NCBI GenBank assembly: GCA_964016885.1
Contig: CAXHJY010001687.1
Location: 135,281 to 199,280, forward strand
Reading direction: 5' to 3'
DNA: 64,000 nt
From: Eledone cirrhosa
Taxonomy: Eukaryota
Positions 1 through 14,091 of the stretch are shown piece after piece (the stretch's first letter is position 1; each line of letters opens with the position of its first letter). The notes under the pieces are model-generated. The model had not been told where the DNA came from and searched no databases. It was given only the letters and a program-made list of their open reading frames with translations. The position numbers and the translations under genes are program-made.

Positions 1-259
1 GTGGGCCCCTGATGCTTTCAAGAAATATATTTTAAAAAAATGGTCAAGTGATACACATAACTGTGACACTTAGTGCCTTCGTGGGCCCCTGATATATTCA
101 AGAGATATATTCTAAAAAAAAAAAAAAATAAAAAAAATAAAAAAAAAAAAATATATATATATCTTATCTCAATTTACTTTATTTCATTTTATTTTATTTT
201 ATTTTATTTTATTTCATTTCATGTTATCTAATTTTATTTATTTACTTATTTAATTCCAT

Positions 260-294
<35 letters not shown>

Positions 295-295
295 C

Positions 296-331
<36 letters not shown>

Positions 332-338
332 TTTTTAC

Positions 339-370
<32 letters not shown>

Positions 371-1157
371 TTACATTTAATTACATTTAATTATACATTT
401 AATTATATCTTATATTATATTATTTTAATTTCGTCTATGTTATTTGATTTTAGTTTACCTTATTTTATCTTATTTTATGATTATATTATATTATGTTCTA
501 TTTTATATAATTTTAATTTTAATTTTATATTATTTTATCTCTTTCCTTACCCTGTATCACTATTATCTGTATATTTTATATTTTATATGTAAGTTTGTTA
601 TGTATTTCTTTATATTTTCTTATATATATTATAAGTCTGTTTTTCACCTATTTTTTACCTACTCTTACCTAATCCTATCTATCTTATCTACTCTTGTCTG
701 TTCTCTTATCCATGTGTATGCTTGTATGTAACTATATGTTGACAGCACCCCGCCCAACTGTGACTGATAGCACCCCTTATTTTTCATTGTTTATTTTTCA
801 TTGCTTATTTTTCATTGTTTATTATCTTATTTTTATTTTTATTTTTATTTTTATTTTTATTCTTATCTTTATTTTTACTTTTACTTCCTTAATATCCTTT
901 ATCGTCTATTATTATTTTTCATTCTTCAATGTCTTGGATTTGTTATTGCTTGTATGGTATGTAATTAACCTTTATGCTCTGATGAGTCCCACTTATAGTG
1001 CGGATGAAACAATGTTAGCAAGTAAAGATATGCATATGCTATAGGCGTTCTTTGTTATTTATTATATCACGGCTCTGTCCTCAGACATTGAGCTAACCTT
1101 ATACTGCCTGCTGGATAAGTGGAGTGTTATACACCCCTGATCCTCTCCCTAGTATAC

Positions 1158-1158
<1 letters not shown>
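1..1158 (+). mobile_element. 3' non-coding region/pseudo-LTR (pLTR) of a Penelope-like element, cut by window start
   Basis: Long T-rich UTR with an 80-bp direct repeat (1-110) and an HHR at 975-1020. Terminal motif GGCTCTGT..CATTGAGCTA is shared with the PLE end at 36340-36364. Ends in (TA)n. Confidence 0.6.
975..1020 (+). ncRNA. minimal type-I hammerhead ribozyme
   Basis: TGCT-CTGATGA-GTCC..GGAT-GAAA-CAATG-TT-AGCA; stem I TGCT/AGCA. Confidence 0.75.
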
Positions 1159-1490
<332 letters not shown>

Positions 1491-1785
1491 AAAAACAAAT
1501 AACGAAACGAAATTAAATTTTTTTTCGTTTGTAACTCACTTTTGTATGACTGACGCTTAAACAATTAAGTTAAAGATGTACATCCATATATGTATACTGA
1601 AATACTAGTATGTATATGAATACACACACGTATACATATGTAGATGTACCAAGTTTTTTTCACTGGTCACTTTACTGTGAGTGGCCAGCTATTCTGTATG
1701 TAAACACACAGACAAACCGGTTTTTAGAGTCATACTGGTTTTTGAGGAAACACCTTTCCTCTATTCTCCAGAAAGCCAGACAAGG

Positions 1786-1830
1786 AATATTGAACTAGTT
1801 TCGTTGTTGTTACAACTCATCAGCAATATT
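1786..1830 (-). ncRNA. hammerhead ribozyme (mirror of 2204-2248)
   Basis: reverse complement of the 2204-2248 motif. Confidence 0.85.
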
Positions 1831-2203
1831 TACCTATCTTCCGGCCTCTCTAGAGAATCGTAAAAGCACATATCGTTATATGCTTTTTCTATGAAAATTA
1901 GTAGTGGGCAGACTAATTTGCATAGAGTGTGAGTAAGTACCGGTTCAACGGAGACGATAAAAACAAATAACGAAACGAAATTAAATTTTGTTTCGTTTGT
2001 AACTCACTTTTGTATGACAGTCATACAAAAGTGAGTTACAAACGAAACAAAATTTAATTTCGTTTCGTTATTTGTTTTTATCGTCTCCGTTGAACCGGTA
2101 CTTACACTCTATGCAAATTAGTCTGCCCACTACTAATTTTCATAGAAAAAGCATATAACGATATGTGCTTTTACGATTCTCTAGAGAGGCCGGGAGATAG
2201 GTA

Positions 2204-2248
2204 AATATTGCTGATGAGTTGTAACAACAACGAAACTAGTTCAATATT
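2204..2248 (+). ncRNA. minimal type-I hammerhead ribozyme
   Basis: AATATTG-CTGATGA-GTTG..CAAC-GAAA-CTAG-TT-CAATATT; 7-bp stem I, palindromic stem III AACTAGTT. Confidence 0.88.
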
Positions 2249-2474
2249 CCTTGTCTGGCTTTCTGGAGAATAGAGGAAAGGTGTTTCCTCAAAAACCAGT
2301 ATGACTCTAAAAACCGGTTTGTCTGTGTGTTTACATACAGAATAGCTGGCCACTCACAGTAAAGTGACCAGTGAAAAAAACTTGGTACATCTACATATGT
2401 ATACGTGTGTGTATTCATATACATACTAGTATTTCAGTATACATATATGGATGTACATCTTTAACTTAATTGTT

Positions 2475-2585
<111 letters not shown>

Positions 2586-2640
2586 ATATATTTACATATA
2601 TATATATATTTATATATATATATATATTTACATATATATT

Positions 2641-2689
<49 letters not shown>

Positions 2690-3790
2690 CATAAATCATG
2701 TCCTTAGAATCATTAGATAAAATATATACCAATTCCTCTTCCATTTAGCATAATTAACAATATAAAAAATCAATTAGACCAAGCTATAAGAAGAAAGGCT
2801 GTTATGAAGAAATCTCCGACAAATAACCGATAGTGGCCTCTTCGCGGTGACCCCAATAGAGTATTTATCCAACATTTCGACAGCATGTAGAAACTGACTA
2901 AATATATCATCAACCATACACAATTAGGTGTAAAACTGAACTTAGAAGAAATGTATACATACCGTAATTATATCTCTACCATGGTTTCATCCATATTTTT
3001 AGACATCCAATTAATAGGAATGTCTTGAGTTAGGATTCATCAGGAGACAAACTCAAAATCAGACATCTAGTTCTCCAACCTGATCGCGCCAAAATTAGAT
3101 TCAAAAATGGCTAAGAATCGCTATGTGGCTGTGGTCAAGCTAGAAAGAATGTGATTAGTTGCTTTCGGCGGGTAGGCTTGTTGCTAGAAAGCGCAGCCAA
3201 ATATCGCCAAATTGAATCTCAACCTAACGGGAGATTATTAAATATAAAGGTTTACATATAGATAAAGTTATAGATATATATGTTGCAACCGGTCACTTTT
3301 AAGCTCTATTAAGAATTAATAAATTAAATAATCAGAGCAATACATTATAAATCATGTCCTTAGAATCATTAGATAAAATATATACCAATTCCTCTTCCAA
3401 TTAGCATAATTAACCATATAAAATATCAATTAGACCAAGCTATAAGAAGAAAGGCTCTTATGAAGAAATCTCCGACAAATAACCGATAGTGGCCTCTTCG
3501 CGGTGACCCCAATAGAGTATTTATCCAACATTTCGACAGCATGTAGAAACTGACTAAATATATCATCAACCATACACAATTAGGTGTAAAATTAAACTTA
3601 GAAGAAATGTGTACATACCGTAATTACTACCATGGTTTCATCCGTATTTTTAGACATCCAATTAATAGGAATGTCTTGAGTTAGGATTCATCAGGAGACA
3701 AACTCAAAATCAGACATCTAGTTCTCCAAACTGATCGCGCCAAAATTGATTCAAAATGGCTAAGAATCGCTATGTGGCTGTGGTCAAGCT
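2690..3790 (-). mobile_element. ~1.8 tandem copies of a ~596-nt HHR-bearing unit
   Basis: ATAAATCATGTCCTTAGAATC at ~2691 and ~3287; diverged relative at 55231-55630. Confidence 0.8.
2971..3049 (-). ncRNA. hammerhead ribozyme with extended stem II
   Basis: Minus strand TGTCTC-CTGATGA-ATCC..(AGACATTCC/GGATGTCT)..GGAT-GAAA-CCATGG-TA-GAGATA. Second copy (~3625-3701) has lost part of stem I. Confidence 0.8.
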
Positions 3791-5716
3791 ATATATTTAT
3801 ACGTGGGAAAGTAAAAAATCGGAGAATAGACCGTTAAAACATGTTTATTTAAAACAGCACCTACGTACCTTTCGCCCAGTTGGGCTTCTCAAGGGCATAA
3901 ATAATGAAAAGTGTTCCTTATATTGCTCGGAAAGAGTTTTGGGGGTTAAATCCACATCAAGGTTCATTGCTCGAAAAATAGCTTGTGTTGATTTTGCAGC
4001 AGGTCAAGGGAAGTAACTCCGGCCGGTGTTAGGGCAGTCTTTCCCGGACAATTTTTTTTTTTTTTTTTTGCCGCATCTGTTTGTCTGAGGCTGGGTCTGG
4101 TATGTAAGGATTGTTTCCTGGGTGTTATTTTGCAACGCCTGCCCGCCGGGGTGTTGCAGGGAGATCCGGTGTACGGTTTCACTCCTCGTCCTTAATCCAT
4201 CCGAAGAAGGATATTTTTAAGCGATGTGTACAACTTATCGCTGTTTCAGCTCACTCCTCATCCTTAACCCATCCGAAGAAGGATATTTTTAAGCGATGTG
4301 TACAACTTATCGCTGTTTCAGCTCTGCTGTTGATGAACTCGTGGGGTGCAGTTATGATATGGTAGAGCTCCATGAGGCAAAGATCGCATTTCCTCTTGAA
4401 GTTGTACGGTGCAGCCCTACCGACAATCTCCAGTGCGTGGAGAAGCTGATGTTTAAGTCCTTTAGTGATGTGATGTAGTCCGCGAGCGAAGTGGAGTGCC
4501 TTAGTTTTCTATTTGTGAAAGAGTGAAGATGTGTTCGAAACCTAATTTTGAACGGGCCGGAGGTAGCCCCTATATAATGTTTAACGCTATTGTGGCTAGT
4601 AATAGTGCATCTATATATAACCCTATCAGTCAAGCAGTATCCTCTAAGGGGGCAGCGTCCTCTGTCGCGGCAGTTGCAATTTCTGTCGCGGTTCCGTCTA
4701 TTTCCCACGGTAAGGCTATCATTGTTGCTGCCTACATTGTTACCTACGCTATCGCAGCTGTCGTTAGCACCATTACAACCCACAGCATACGGATTGGTGC
4801 GATTGTTATTCCGCACGTCATGTCCTGCATGTTCCCCAGTTATTTCGCGGTTATGCTGGTTGCGTCTGCGGATGCCGTTGTCAACACTATTGGATGCTGC
4901 CAGGGAGTTGTTAAGGCCGATATAGTTATTGTCAGGTGTAGGTGCGTCTGTGTCGAGGTGCTGTGTCTTGGTGATCTTACTGTGGTTCGTTGTTCCTATG
5001 ATGTCTGCTAGGTTAGGAGTAGTAGAGAAGGATATTTTTATATTGTTCCTGTTAAGAATTTTTCTATATCTATGGTTGGGCGGGAAGTTCTTCCCTAAGG
5101 CTTCGAAGAACATCCGGGGTATGTTGGAAGCCACACTCCGAGAGTAGGGGGGTGGAACCATAGGACGTTACGGTGGCGATTACGTGTCCTTGTACTTTTG
5201 CTACGGGTGGTTCCATCCAGGTGACCGCTCTTATGTGTGTTAATGCGCAGTCGCTCGTTCGGTGCCCCTTTCACTTTATGCTCGGGTGCACTCTTCCTAC
5301 CTCTTCCATGTTTATGTACACGAAGATGTTGGTTGGAAGGCGTTGGTAGTAGGCCGTCGCCTTTGTTGGTTTTGTAATAGGGGAATAGTTCGAGTAATCT
5401 ACAGTGGTCACCGTCGCCGGGGTCGTGATCTTTAGTGCGGTTATCTATTTTATTATATCCGACTTCAACGAGGTCGCCGCGTGATCGGTATGGCTTACTA
5501 TAACTTTCGTTTTATGAGGGGTTGGTTTCTAGAGCTAGCGTTAGGGATGTAGGAAATTCCTCGGTTAAAGCCAGCGCTTATCAAGGCCCTATTGTAGTAA
5601 TCTGCCGCTTGGTTGAAGATATCCTCATTGGCGGATAGTCTCGAGATTCTATGTGAGATACTATAGACTATGGAGTTGAGAGTCTGCTTAGGGTGGTTGG
5701 AGGCATAATTAATATA
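3791..5716 (-). pseudogene. 5'-truncated, frameshifted Penelope-like element (RT thumb, Cys linker, GIY-YIG) with 3' UTR
   Basis: ORF 4352-5161 has NCNCRDRGRCPL..CL, VIYRC..HYIGATSGPFKIRF. Upstream reads YINYASNHP. 70-bp duplication at 4180-4322. Degenerate HHR-like motif at ~3858-3897. Confidence 0.85.
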
Positions 5717-5779
5717 AGAGGGACAGAGACCGCTGGAGAGAACTCGTCCATGGATCTCGGGAATTTTACCCGCCTTAGA
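5717..5779 (+). mobile_element. ~60-bp 3' stub of the UTR-less RTE-like LINE (family C)
   Basis: Matches the last codons ([19 protein letters not shown]) of 8257-9519, followed by (TA)n. Confidence 0.85.
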
Positions 5780-5811
5780 TATATATAAATATATAAATAT
5801 ATATATATATA

Positions 5812-7832
5812 TACGATATTAAACAAATGGAAACTATATTTATAAAACCATATTTATTTGATTATACATATTTCAGGGATACCATATTAAAAATATGGCA
5901 TGCATTCGTCAGATAAAATACAATATATAAACAGTTTTATAAATAATTTTGACGTACCATAATATAAGCGACCATTAAATTAGGAGGCTGCCTTGGTGGT
6001 GAAGTGTTTATAATTATTTAGTTATAGTGTTAAGCACAGTTAGAAAAAAGACGGAGAAAAAGAAGAAACGGAGGTAAAGAAAAACAGAGAGAGAGGGGAG
6101 AGAGAAAGAAGGAGGAGGTGAAAAAAGAGAGGCAACCGAAAGCAACAGATAAATAATAATAATTCACCATACAAATAGAGAGATTCAAGAGAGAGGGAGT
6201 ACTATATAGAGAGAGAGTACAGTTAGAGAAAAGACGGAGAGAAAGAAAAAATGGAGATAAAGAGAAAACGGAGAGAGAGAGGGGGGAGGAAAAGAAAGAG
6301 AGTGAGAAAATATAACTAGATAGGGGGAAGTGAAACACCAAGAGAGAAATATGAGAGGCAAAACCAAAGCGACAGATACATAATACTTCATCATATATAA
6401 AGAGAGAGGAGAAAGAGCTATATATAGAGAGAGAAGGATACAGTTACATCTTTACGTCATGTCATATCAATTTGAATTATCAATTCATATGAAATCGATA
6501 ATAGAATGTCAATATCAATATTCATGAATGAGACATAGATATATAATATGAGAAAATAACTTTGTTCAATAATGACCATATGTTTAGTTTAAAACTCTGA
6601 GGTCAATGTACCAAAATCTGAGATAAACCTTAAAAAAATTACCCTATTTATAAAAATACGGAAATATATATGTATATATATATATACGTATATGTACTTT
6701 CTGAAAAAAGAAAAAGAGAAAGTTATGTCTAGCTCTAGTCGATAATATAGACATACACATGACTTTACGTGATCAACTCTATAATTTCTTGTGTCATAAA
6801 AAGAATTTCTTGTGTTATAAAAAATTTCACTATATATATACATGAAAAATAAACGATTAATATTCATGCCCTCACATATATGATTACCGTTCATGTATTT
6901 AATATTATGCATATCTGTAACATATACAGAACTATACCTATATATATATATATATGTATATACAAGATATCTGCGTGAGTATTCCATAAAATAAACTCTA
7001 TACGCCTTCTATATGCATGTTAATACACATATGGCCTTTGTATAGAGATAATCTAATATCAATATATCAGCACAGAAACATCAAAACGCTAAAATATTTT
7101 CAACACACTATAGAGTATCTCAGGCCAAAAACAATGTGCTTCATATATTTACCACAGAAATCTATCGTTCCAATTTTTCAGACAATATATTGCAAAGTCT
7201 CTTATTTCTCTCTTGGTTTTTCACTTCCCCCTATCTAGTTATATTTTCTCTCTCTCTTTCTTTTCCTCCCCCCTCTCTCTCTCCGTTTTCTCTTTATCTC
7301 CATTTTTTCTTTCTCTCCGTCTTTTCTCTAACTGTACTCTCTCTCTATATAGTACTCCCTCTCTCTTTAATCTCTCTATTTCTATGGTGAATTATTATTA
7401 TTTATCTGTTGCTTTCGGTTGCCTCTCTTTTTTCACCTCCTCCTTCTTTCTCTCTCCCCTCTCTATCTCTGTTTTTCTTTACCTCCGTTTCTTCTTTTTC
7501 TCCGTCTTTTTTTCTAACTGTGCTTAACACTATAACTAAATAATTATAAACACTTCACTACCAAGGCAGCCTCCTAATTTAATGGTCGCTTATATTATGG
7601 TACGTCAAAATTATTTATAAAACTGTTTATATATTGTATTTTATCTGACGAAGGCATGCCATATTTTTAATATGGTATCCCTGAAATATGTATAATCAAA
7701 TAAATATGGTTTTATAAATATAGTTTCCATTTGTTTAATATCGTATATCTACTCCAAAGACTTGTCGAGTGCTTTATATCAGTTATAAAATATTTACTTG
7801 TTGTAACCCAACAATTTTAAATAAAACTTTTG
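5812..7832. mobile_element. PLE 3' UTR/pLTR with ~540-bp inverted arms (5812-6351 / 7203-7745) plus ~87-nt tail
   Basis: Arms are reverse-complementary. Homologous to the UTR at 9793-11030 downstream of PLE ORF 11318-12664. Confidence 0.85.
7637..7702 (+). ncRNA. hammerhead ribozyme (mirror copy 5855-5920 on minus)
   Basis: TATTTTAT-CTGACGA-AGG..CCT-GAAA-TATGTA-TA-ATCAAATA. Confidence 0.7.
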
Positions 7833-7859
7833 TATATATATATATATATATATATAAAT

Positions 7860-7892
<33 letters not shown>

Positions 7893-8016
7893 AATATATA
7901 TAGTGCCGGCACTAGTATCGAGCACCTTTGGCATACGCTACTTGGCAAATAACTATATGTATCACCTATCCTCCCCTTTTTTCTCTTTCTCGATACGTAA
8001 ATACTGTATATATATT

Positions 8017-8049
<33 letters not shown>

Positions 8050-8060
8050 ATATTTATATA

Positions 8061-8109
<49 letters not shown>

Positions 8110-8192
8110 ATATATATTTATTTATATATATATTTATATATATATATATTTATATATATATATATTTATATATATTTATATATATATATATT

Positions 8193-8246
<54 letters not shown>

Positions 8247-8256
8247 TTATATATAT

Positions 8257-9517
8257 CTAAGGCGGGTAAAATTCCCGAGATCCATGGACGAGTTCTCTCC
8301 AGCGGTCTCTGTCCCTCATTATCGCTGCCATGTCCTGCGTCTCCAACAGACCAGTGTCTGTCCTTACGGCATCAACATACGTTAACCTTGGTCTTCCTCT
8401 TCTAGTGTGTCCATGTAGGGGCTCCCAAAGGAGCACTGAGTGCAATGTCAACTCTGGATGTCGGTGAGCATGTCCAGCTAACCTCAGTCTCCTCTGTGTC
8501 ACTTTGGAGCTGACTTTTGGGATGCTCCCATACAGCTCTGAGTTTTTCATCCTCAGTGTATACTGATTAATGTTCAGAGCCATCCTCAACATTCTCGTGT
8601 AGCACCCATCCACCATCTGAGTGAGTTTCTTGGTCAGTGTACAAGTCTTAGACCCATACAGCAGCACAGACTCCACTACAGCAATGAAGAGGCGGACCTT
8701 CAGGTCTCTACGAAGGTTCGACTTCCAAACCGATCTCAAGCTGTGGCACGCCGCCCAGGCTTTGCTCTTCCTCTCAACCACATCATCTTCCGTATTCCCA
8801 ATCTTGGCTCCCAAATACAGGAAGCCCTCAACCAATTCTAGCGGCTTTCCGCCTACATTAGTGATCCCCTCTGGCTTCTCAACATTCTCTACCAGATATT
8901 TTGTTTTAGTCTCATTCATTCTCAGCCCCACACTCATCGACACAGTCTCAACCTCCCGCATCAAATCCTCTGCCTCCTTCACTGTATTTGTCACCAAAAC
9001 TATGTCGTAGGCAAATTCAGCATCCGATACCTTTTTTGCCCTAACTCTCCTGCTCTGAGCCGGTGCTACAGTAAAGCCAGAGTCCTGGTGTTTCTCCAGT
9101 GCAAGGCGCATACAATAGTCCACTACGATAATAAAAAGGTAGGGAGCCAATGTATCTCCCTGGAGCACTCCAGCCAGTATCTCAAAGAACTCTGTCATCC
9201 CATCAGGTGTAATGACTTGGGCTTTGGTGTTGGTGTAGAGCAGTGATATCAGGTCCACTATCTTCTTGGGGATTCCATAAGCCTGTAAGATCTTCATCAG
9301 GCAGTAACGGTCCACAGAATCAAAGACCTTCCTAAAGTCAATGAAAACCATGACCGCAGGAAGGCACTTTGCTCTAGCTCCCTCTAATATCCTCCTCAGC
9401 ATCAGGATGTGACTGGTGGTTGATCTACCCTCTCTGAAGCCGTTCTGGTTGTCCCTGAGCTTCTTCTCCATCTCAGGCTGGATCCTGTTAAGAATCATCC
9501 TGTTGAGGGTCTTTGTC
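8257..9517 (-). pseudogene. 5'-truncated RTE-like LINE RT (family C), catalytic motif mutated
   Basis: [30 protein letters not shown] (FADD in the 61.6-63 kb copy), RRGRPRLT; stop codon abuts (TA)n. Confidence 0.92.
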
Positions 9518-9560
9518 ATATTTATATATATATTTATATATTTATATATATATATTTATA

Positions 9561-9610
<50 letters not shown>

Positions 9611-9613
<3 letters not shown>

Positions 9614-9758
9614 AAAAAGAGATGAAATCGAAAATGCATCTGGAGTCTTATTTTTTTTTTAAATATATATATTTATTTGGTTCCTTTACCGGTGGTTTCG
9701 CAGTTCTTCTGCTTTTCAAAAGGTGAGTTGAGATGGAGGGTCTGTGGTTTTTCTCACA
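9611..9758 (-). mobile_element. pLTR fragment of the 36611-37680 family
   Basis: reverse complement of ~37468-37616. Confidence 0.75.
9683..9723 (-). ncRNA. hammerhead ribozyme, U3-A8 core variant
   Basis: CCTT-TTGAAAA-GCAG..CTGC-GAAA-CCACCGG-TA-AAGG. Confidence 0.7.
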
Positions 9759-9835
9759 TATATATTTATATATATATATATATATATATTTATACGATAT
9801 TAAATAAATGGAAACTATATTTATAAAACCATATT

Positions 9836-9900
9836 TATTTCACTATACATATTTCAGGGATACCAAATTAAAATATGGTATGCCTTCATCAGATAAAATA
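9836..9900 (-). ncRNA. hammerhead ribozyme
   Basis: TATTTTAT-CTGATGA-AGG..CCT-GAAA-TATGTA-TA-GTGAAATA. Confidence 0.78.
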
Positions 9901-11317
9901 CAATATATAAACAGTTTTATAAATAATTTTGACGTACCCTATTAGATGCAACCATTATTTTTGGAAGCTGTCTGGATAGTGAGATGTTTATAATTATTTT
10001 ATTAGTTATAGTGTTAAGCACAGTTAGAAAAAAGACGGAGAGAAAGAAAAAACGGAGAGAGAGAAGGAGAGAGAAAAAGAAGGAGAGAGAGAAAAGGAAT
10101 GTATGCAGAAAAGAAAGATATAAATAGATAGGAGGAAATGAAAAAGAAAGAAAAAAGGAAGAAATAAGAAAAACAAAAGAAAGCAACAGAGAGATAATAA
10201 ATCATCATACAGATAGATAAACTCAAGAGAGAGGAAGTACTATATAGAGAGAGGAGGATATAGTGACAACTTTACGTCATGTCATATTAAGTTGAGTTAA
10301 CAATTCATATGAAATGAATAATAAAAATGTAAATATCAATATTCATGAATGGGACATAGATATATAATATGAGAAAATAACATTGTTCAATAATGACCAT
10401 ATGTTTAGTTTAAAACCTTGAGGTCAATATACCAAAAGCTGAGTTAAAACCTTCAAAAAATACCCTATTTATAAAAATACGGATACACATATGTATATAT
10501 ATATACACGCATATGTACGTCTTGAAAAAAGAGAAATTATGTCTACTCCAGTCAATAATATAGACATACAAATGATTTCACTTGATCACTTCTATACATT
10601 TCTTGTGTTATAAAAATTTCACAGTATATATACATAAAATACGATTAATATTCATGTCCTCATATATATGATTACCGTTCATGTATTTAATATTATGCAT
10701 ATCTGCAACACATCAACATATACACACACAACCATACATACACATATATATGTATAAATAAATATCTGCGTGAGTTTTCCAGAATCGTTATGCATATATA
10801 CAGACATATATACGAACACATAAATAAACCCTATAAACCTTTTATATGCATGTTAATACACATATATGGCCCTTGTATAGAGACAATCAAATATCAATAT
10901 ATTAATATAGAAATATCAAAGCATCAAATATCTCTAAAACACTATAGAGTATCTCAAGTTAAAATAATATGTTTTATATATTTATTATAGAAATCTATCC
11001 TACCTATATCTCAAACAAGATATTGCAAGGGTAGACATATGAAAGTTATTAGAAGCTATCAGAGTCAAAAACAAATAAAAAACAAAAATAATTTAAAAGA
11101 TTTAGAAGACCCAGTGATTCTACGGATGCCCTTATATTTAGTATAGAAATTTATCTTACGTAAATTTTATTTAATACATTGGGAGCATATACATTTTAGA
11201 GTAGTTTATTATATCCTTGTTTATATTTAGGAAGAAAGTTTAAAAGGAAAAAGGTGAAGGAATCTAATGATTTATCGTCAGGTTTCATATATTAACTAAA
11301 TTTCTTAATTAATTATA

Positions 11318-12664
11318 CTACATTTTATATTTATATTTAAACGTTGAGTTCAATCTATGTCTGCAGTAACTGAATAAATTGCTCCTTAAATTAAGGGAAT
11401 TTTTGAACTTTAATATAAAGAATATTTTTTCTATACAAAGATCACAACTCTCTGAAGAGGAATTAAAAGGAATACCTTTTGAGACAATATTCCAAATCAT
11501 CGAATATTTAACATTATCTCGTTTAAGATGCCAGAGTAGGCTAGATAGCGAAGTTGATGATTTTTTGTTTGGATCTGTGAAAGAATTCTTATGATTATTG
11601 AAGCGAAGTTTAAATTCTGTCGAGGTGGAACCAACATAGTTGAAAGAATTTAAATTAGTTTTAACATTACAATTGTACACTACATTTTTAGCTAAGCAGT
11701 TGTTATTTAACGGACAATTAGATTTATTTCTACAGTTACAGTTATTTAATTGAATATTGTTTGGGTTATTATTGGTATTTTGGTTAGGTTTTAAATTCCT
11801 ATTATTAATTCTGTTAATATTTTGTGCTAAATTTTTGGTGGACGAGTAAGTTAATTTTATAGTGTGTCTATTAAAAATTGAGTGATATTTATGTGTTCTA
11901 AGGAAGCGTTTGTCAAGAGCATTAAAGAATAGTTTAGCAATATGGGTTTTAATATTTAGTGAGAAAGGGGGGGCAAACCATAATATATTTCTAGTTCTAT
12001 TTCTTTTTCGGCTTTTGGAATTATTGTAATGTTTTCTGTTAAAGATGTTACCGTAATTAAAATTGTTATTATTTTGGTTAGTTTGCTTATTATTATTATC
12101 GATGTATTTAATTTTATCTCTATATCCTGCCCTAGCTAACGCTTCATTGTAATACTGCACTTTTTCATCAAAAGTATTTTTATTAGATGAAATTCTTGAA
12201 ATTCGTTCTTGAACAGAGTTCACTATAGTATTTTTAACAGATCTGGGGTGATTAGAGTTAAAATTGACATAATTCAAGTTCTCATTTAGTTTGTGAAATG
12301 GATAATGAAGACATGTGTTGAGATTTAGTGTTACATCCAGAAAATTGACTATTCTATGGTTATTCTCTATTTCTATTTTTAGATTAAAGGAATTAAAAAA
12401 TTGTATAATTTGTTTTCTTTTTCTATTTAGTTCACAGCTATTATTTTCAATAAGTAAAAGCATGTCGTCACGATATAATCCTCCGGTTACACCTGGTATT
12501 TTTCTATGTAGCGTATTAATTATAAATAGGCCCACAAGGTCCGTTAACTGAGCTGAGTCTGATGATCCCATAGTTATGTCGAAATTATTATCTCTATCTG
12601 CCCTAGTCCATAGTTGGTTATTAAATTCTATCAATGTTTTCCTTGCCGATAATATAATGTGCAT
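11318..12664 (-). CDS. PLE reverse transcriptase C-terminal half plus GIY-YIG endonuclease (partial)
   Basis: MGSSDSAQ, LYRDD, VNFLDV, SNHP, CNCR..CPL..CL, VVYNC..YVGST, CDLC, CRH. Confidence 0.9.
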   Translation of the reverse strand: MHIILSARKTLIEFNNQLWTRADRDNNFDITMGSSDSAQLTDLVGLFIINTLHRKIPGVTGGLYRDDMLLLIENNSCELNRKRKQIIQFFNSFNLKIEIENNHRIVNFLDVTLNLNTCLHYPFHKLNENLNYVNFNSNHPRSVKNTIVNSVQERISRISSNKNTFDEKVQYYNEALARAGYRDKIKYIDNNNKQTNQNNNNFNYGNIFNRKHYNNSKSRKRNRTRNILWFAPPFSLNIKTHIAKLFFNALDKRFLRTHKYHSIFNRHTIKLTYSSTKNLAQNINRINNRNLKPNQNTNNNPNNIQLNNCNCRNKSNCPLNNNCLAKNVVYNCNVKTNLNSFNYVGSTSTEFKLRFNNHKNSFTDPNKKSSTSLSSLLWHLKRDNVKYSMIWNIVSKGIPFNSSSESCDLCIEKIFFILKFKNSLNLRSNLFSYCRHRLNSTFKYKYKM

Positions 12665-13039
12665 TTCATTGCTAGTTAGGTCAGTATGTTTAAATGCGTA
12701 ATTTGGTGCCTTATTCAGTAGATTAGGAGTGATAGATGAATAGTAGTTAGCAATATCCAGCTGAATAAACTTATTATTATAGTTATATTTAATTTCTTTA
12801 AACCACTCAATAACCTCACCAGTCCCCTTCCATAACTTTAAGTAAGGTAAATCATGTAAGTTTTTAATCTGCTGTATTACCCTGTCTAGAATGTTTTTGC
12901 TAAGTTTTATATATTTATATATATATATTTATTTATATATATATATATATATATGTTTTTGGTAAGTTTTATATATTTATATATATGTATCTATATATAT
13001 TTATTTATATATATATATATGTTTTTGCTAAGTTTTATA

Positions 13040-13324
<285 letters not shown>

Positions 13325-13325
<1 letters not shown>

Positions 13326-14090
13326 ATATTAAATAAATGGAAACTATATTTATAAAACCATATTTATTTCGTTATATATATTTCAGGGATATCATATTAA
13401 CAATATGTTATGCCATCTTCAGACAAAATACAATATAAACAGTCTTATAAATAAATAGATACGACATACCTTTCAATCACCTTGCATTTGGGAGGTTGAT
13501 TTGGTAGTAAAAAATATTGTGGACAGTTGTAAAAAGAAAGAGATAAAGAGAGAAAGAAAGAGAAACGAAGAAAAAGAAGAAATGCATGTGACTAAATAGA
13601 GGGATATAGAAAGATAGATAAAGAGAAGAACTTCATGTAAAGAAACAGAGAGAAATATATATAGAGAGAGGAAAAAAGAAAGAGATAGATAGAGATAGAT
13701 AGAGAAATTTGGAAGTTGAGTATCGGTTGATACATTTATTTATTTATTTATTTATTTATTTAGCTCTAGTATTAATGTAAAGAGAGATGTATGTAGTTAA
13801 GAGAGAAAATAGCCGTTATATAGAGAGAAAAAAGAGAAAATGAAAAAGAGAAAATGAAACATAACCAGACATAAACGATGCAGAATTTAAAACCGCTATG
13901 TTTTATCCGTAGAAAATATTAGTTCGTATAAAACAGGCATTATAATGTAAGTACCAGTATTCATGAATGAGACATGTATCTATAATGTGTGAAAAGTAAT
14001 GATCTTATGTCTAGTTTTTAAAAATTCATATGTTTATATCATAATTATAAACAAACTCCCAATTCACACGAAAACATTCTCATTGTCATT
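13325..14090 (-). mobile_element. diverged pLTR/3' UTR of the 9793 PLE family
   Basis: same terminal sequence ATATTAAATAAATGGAAACTATATTTATAAAACC. Confidence 0.75.
13365..13430 (-). ncRNA. hammerhead ribozyme (covarying stem I)
   Basis: TATTTTGT-CTGAAGA-TGG..CCT-GAAA-TATATA-TA-ACGAAATA. Confidence 0.75.
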
Positions 14091-14091
14091 G

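Larger units (their letters stand above)
9793..12908 (-). mobile_element. 5'-truncated Penelope-like element with ~1.5-kb 3' UTR/pLTR
   Basis: ORF 11318-12664 plus terminal HHR; flanked by (TA)n. Confidence 0.9.

Noticed and set aside
7903-8006. Short unique island between TA tracts
   Set aside because: Probably an element tail, but no homology or motif visible in this window
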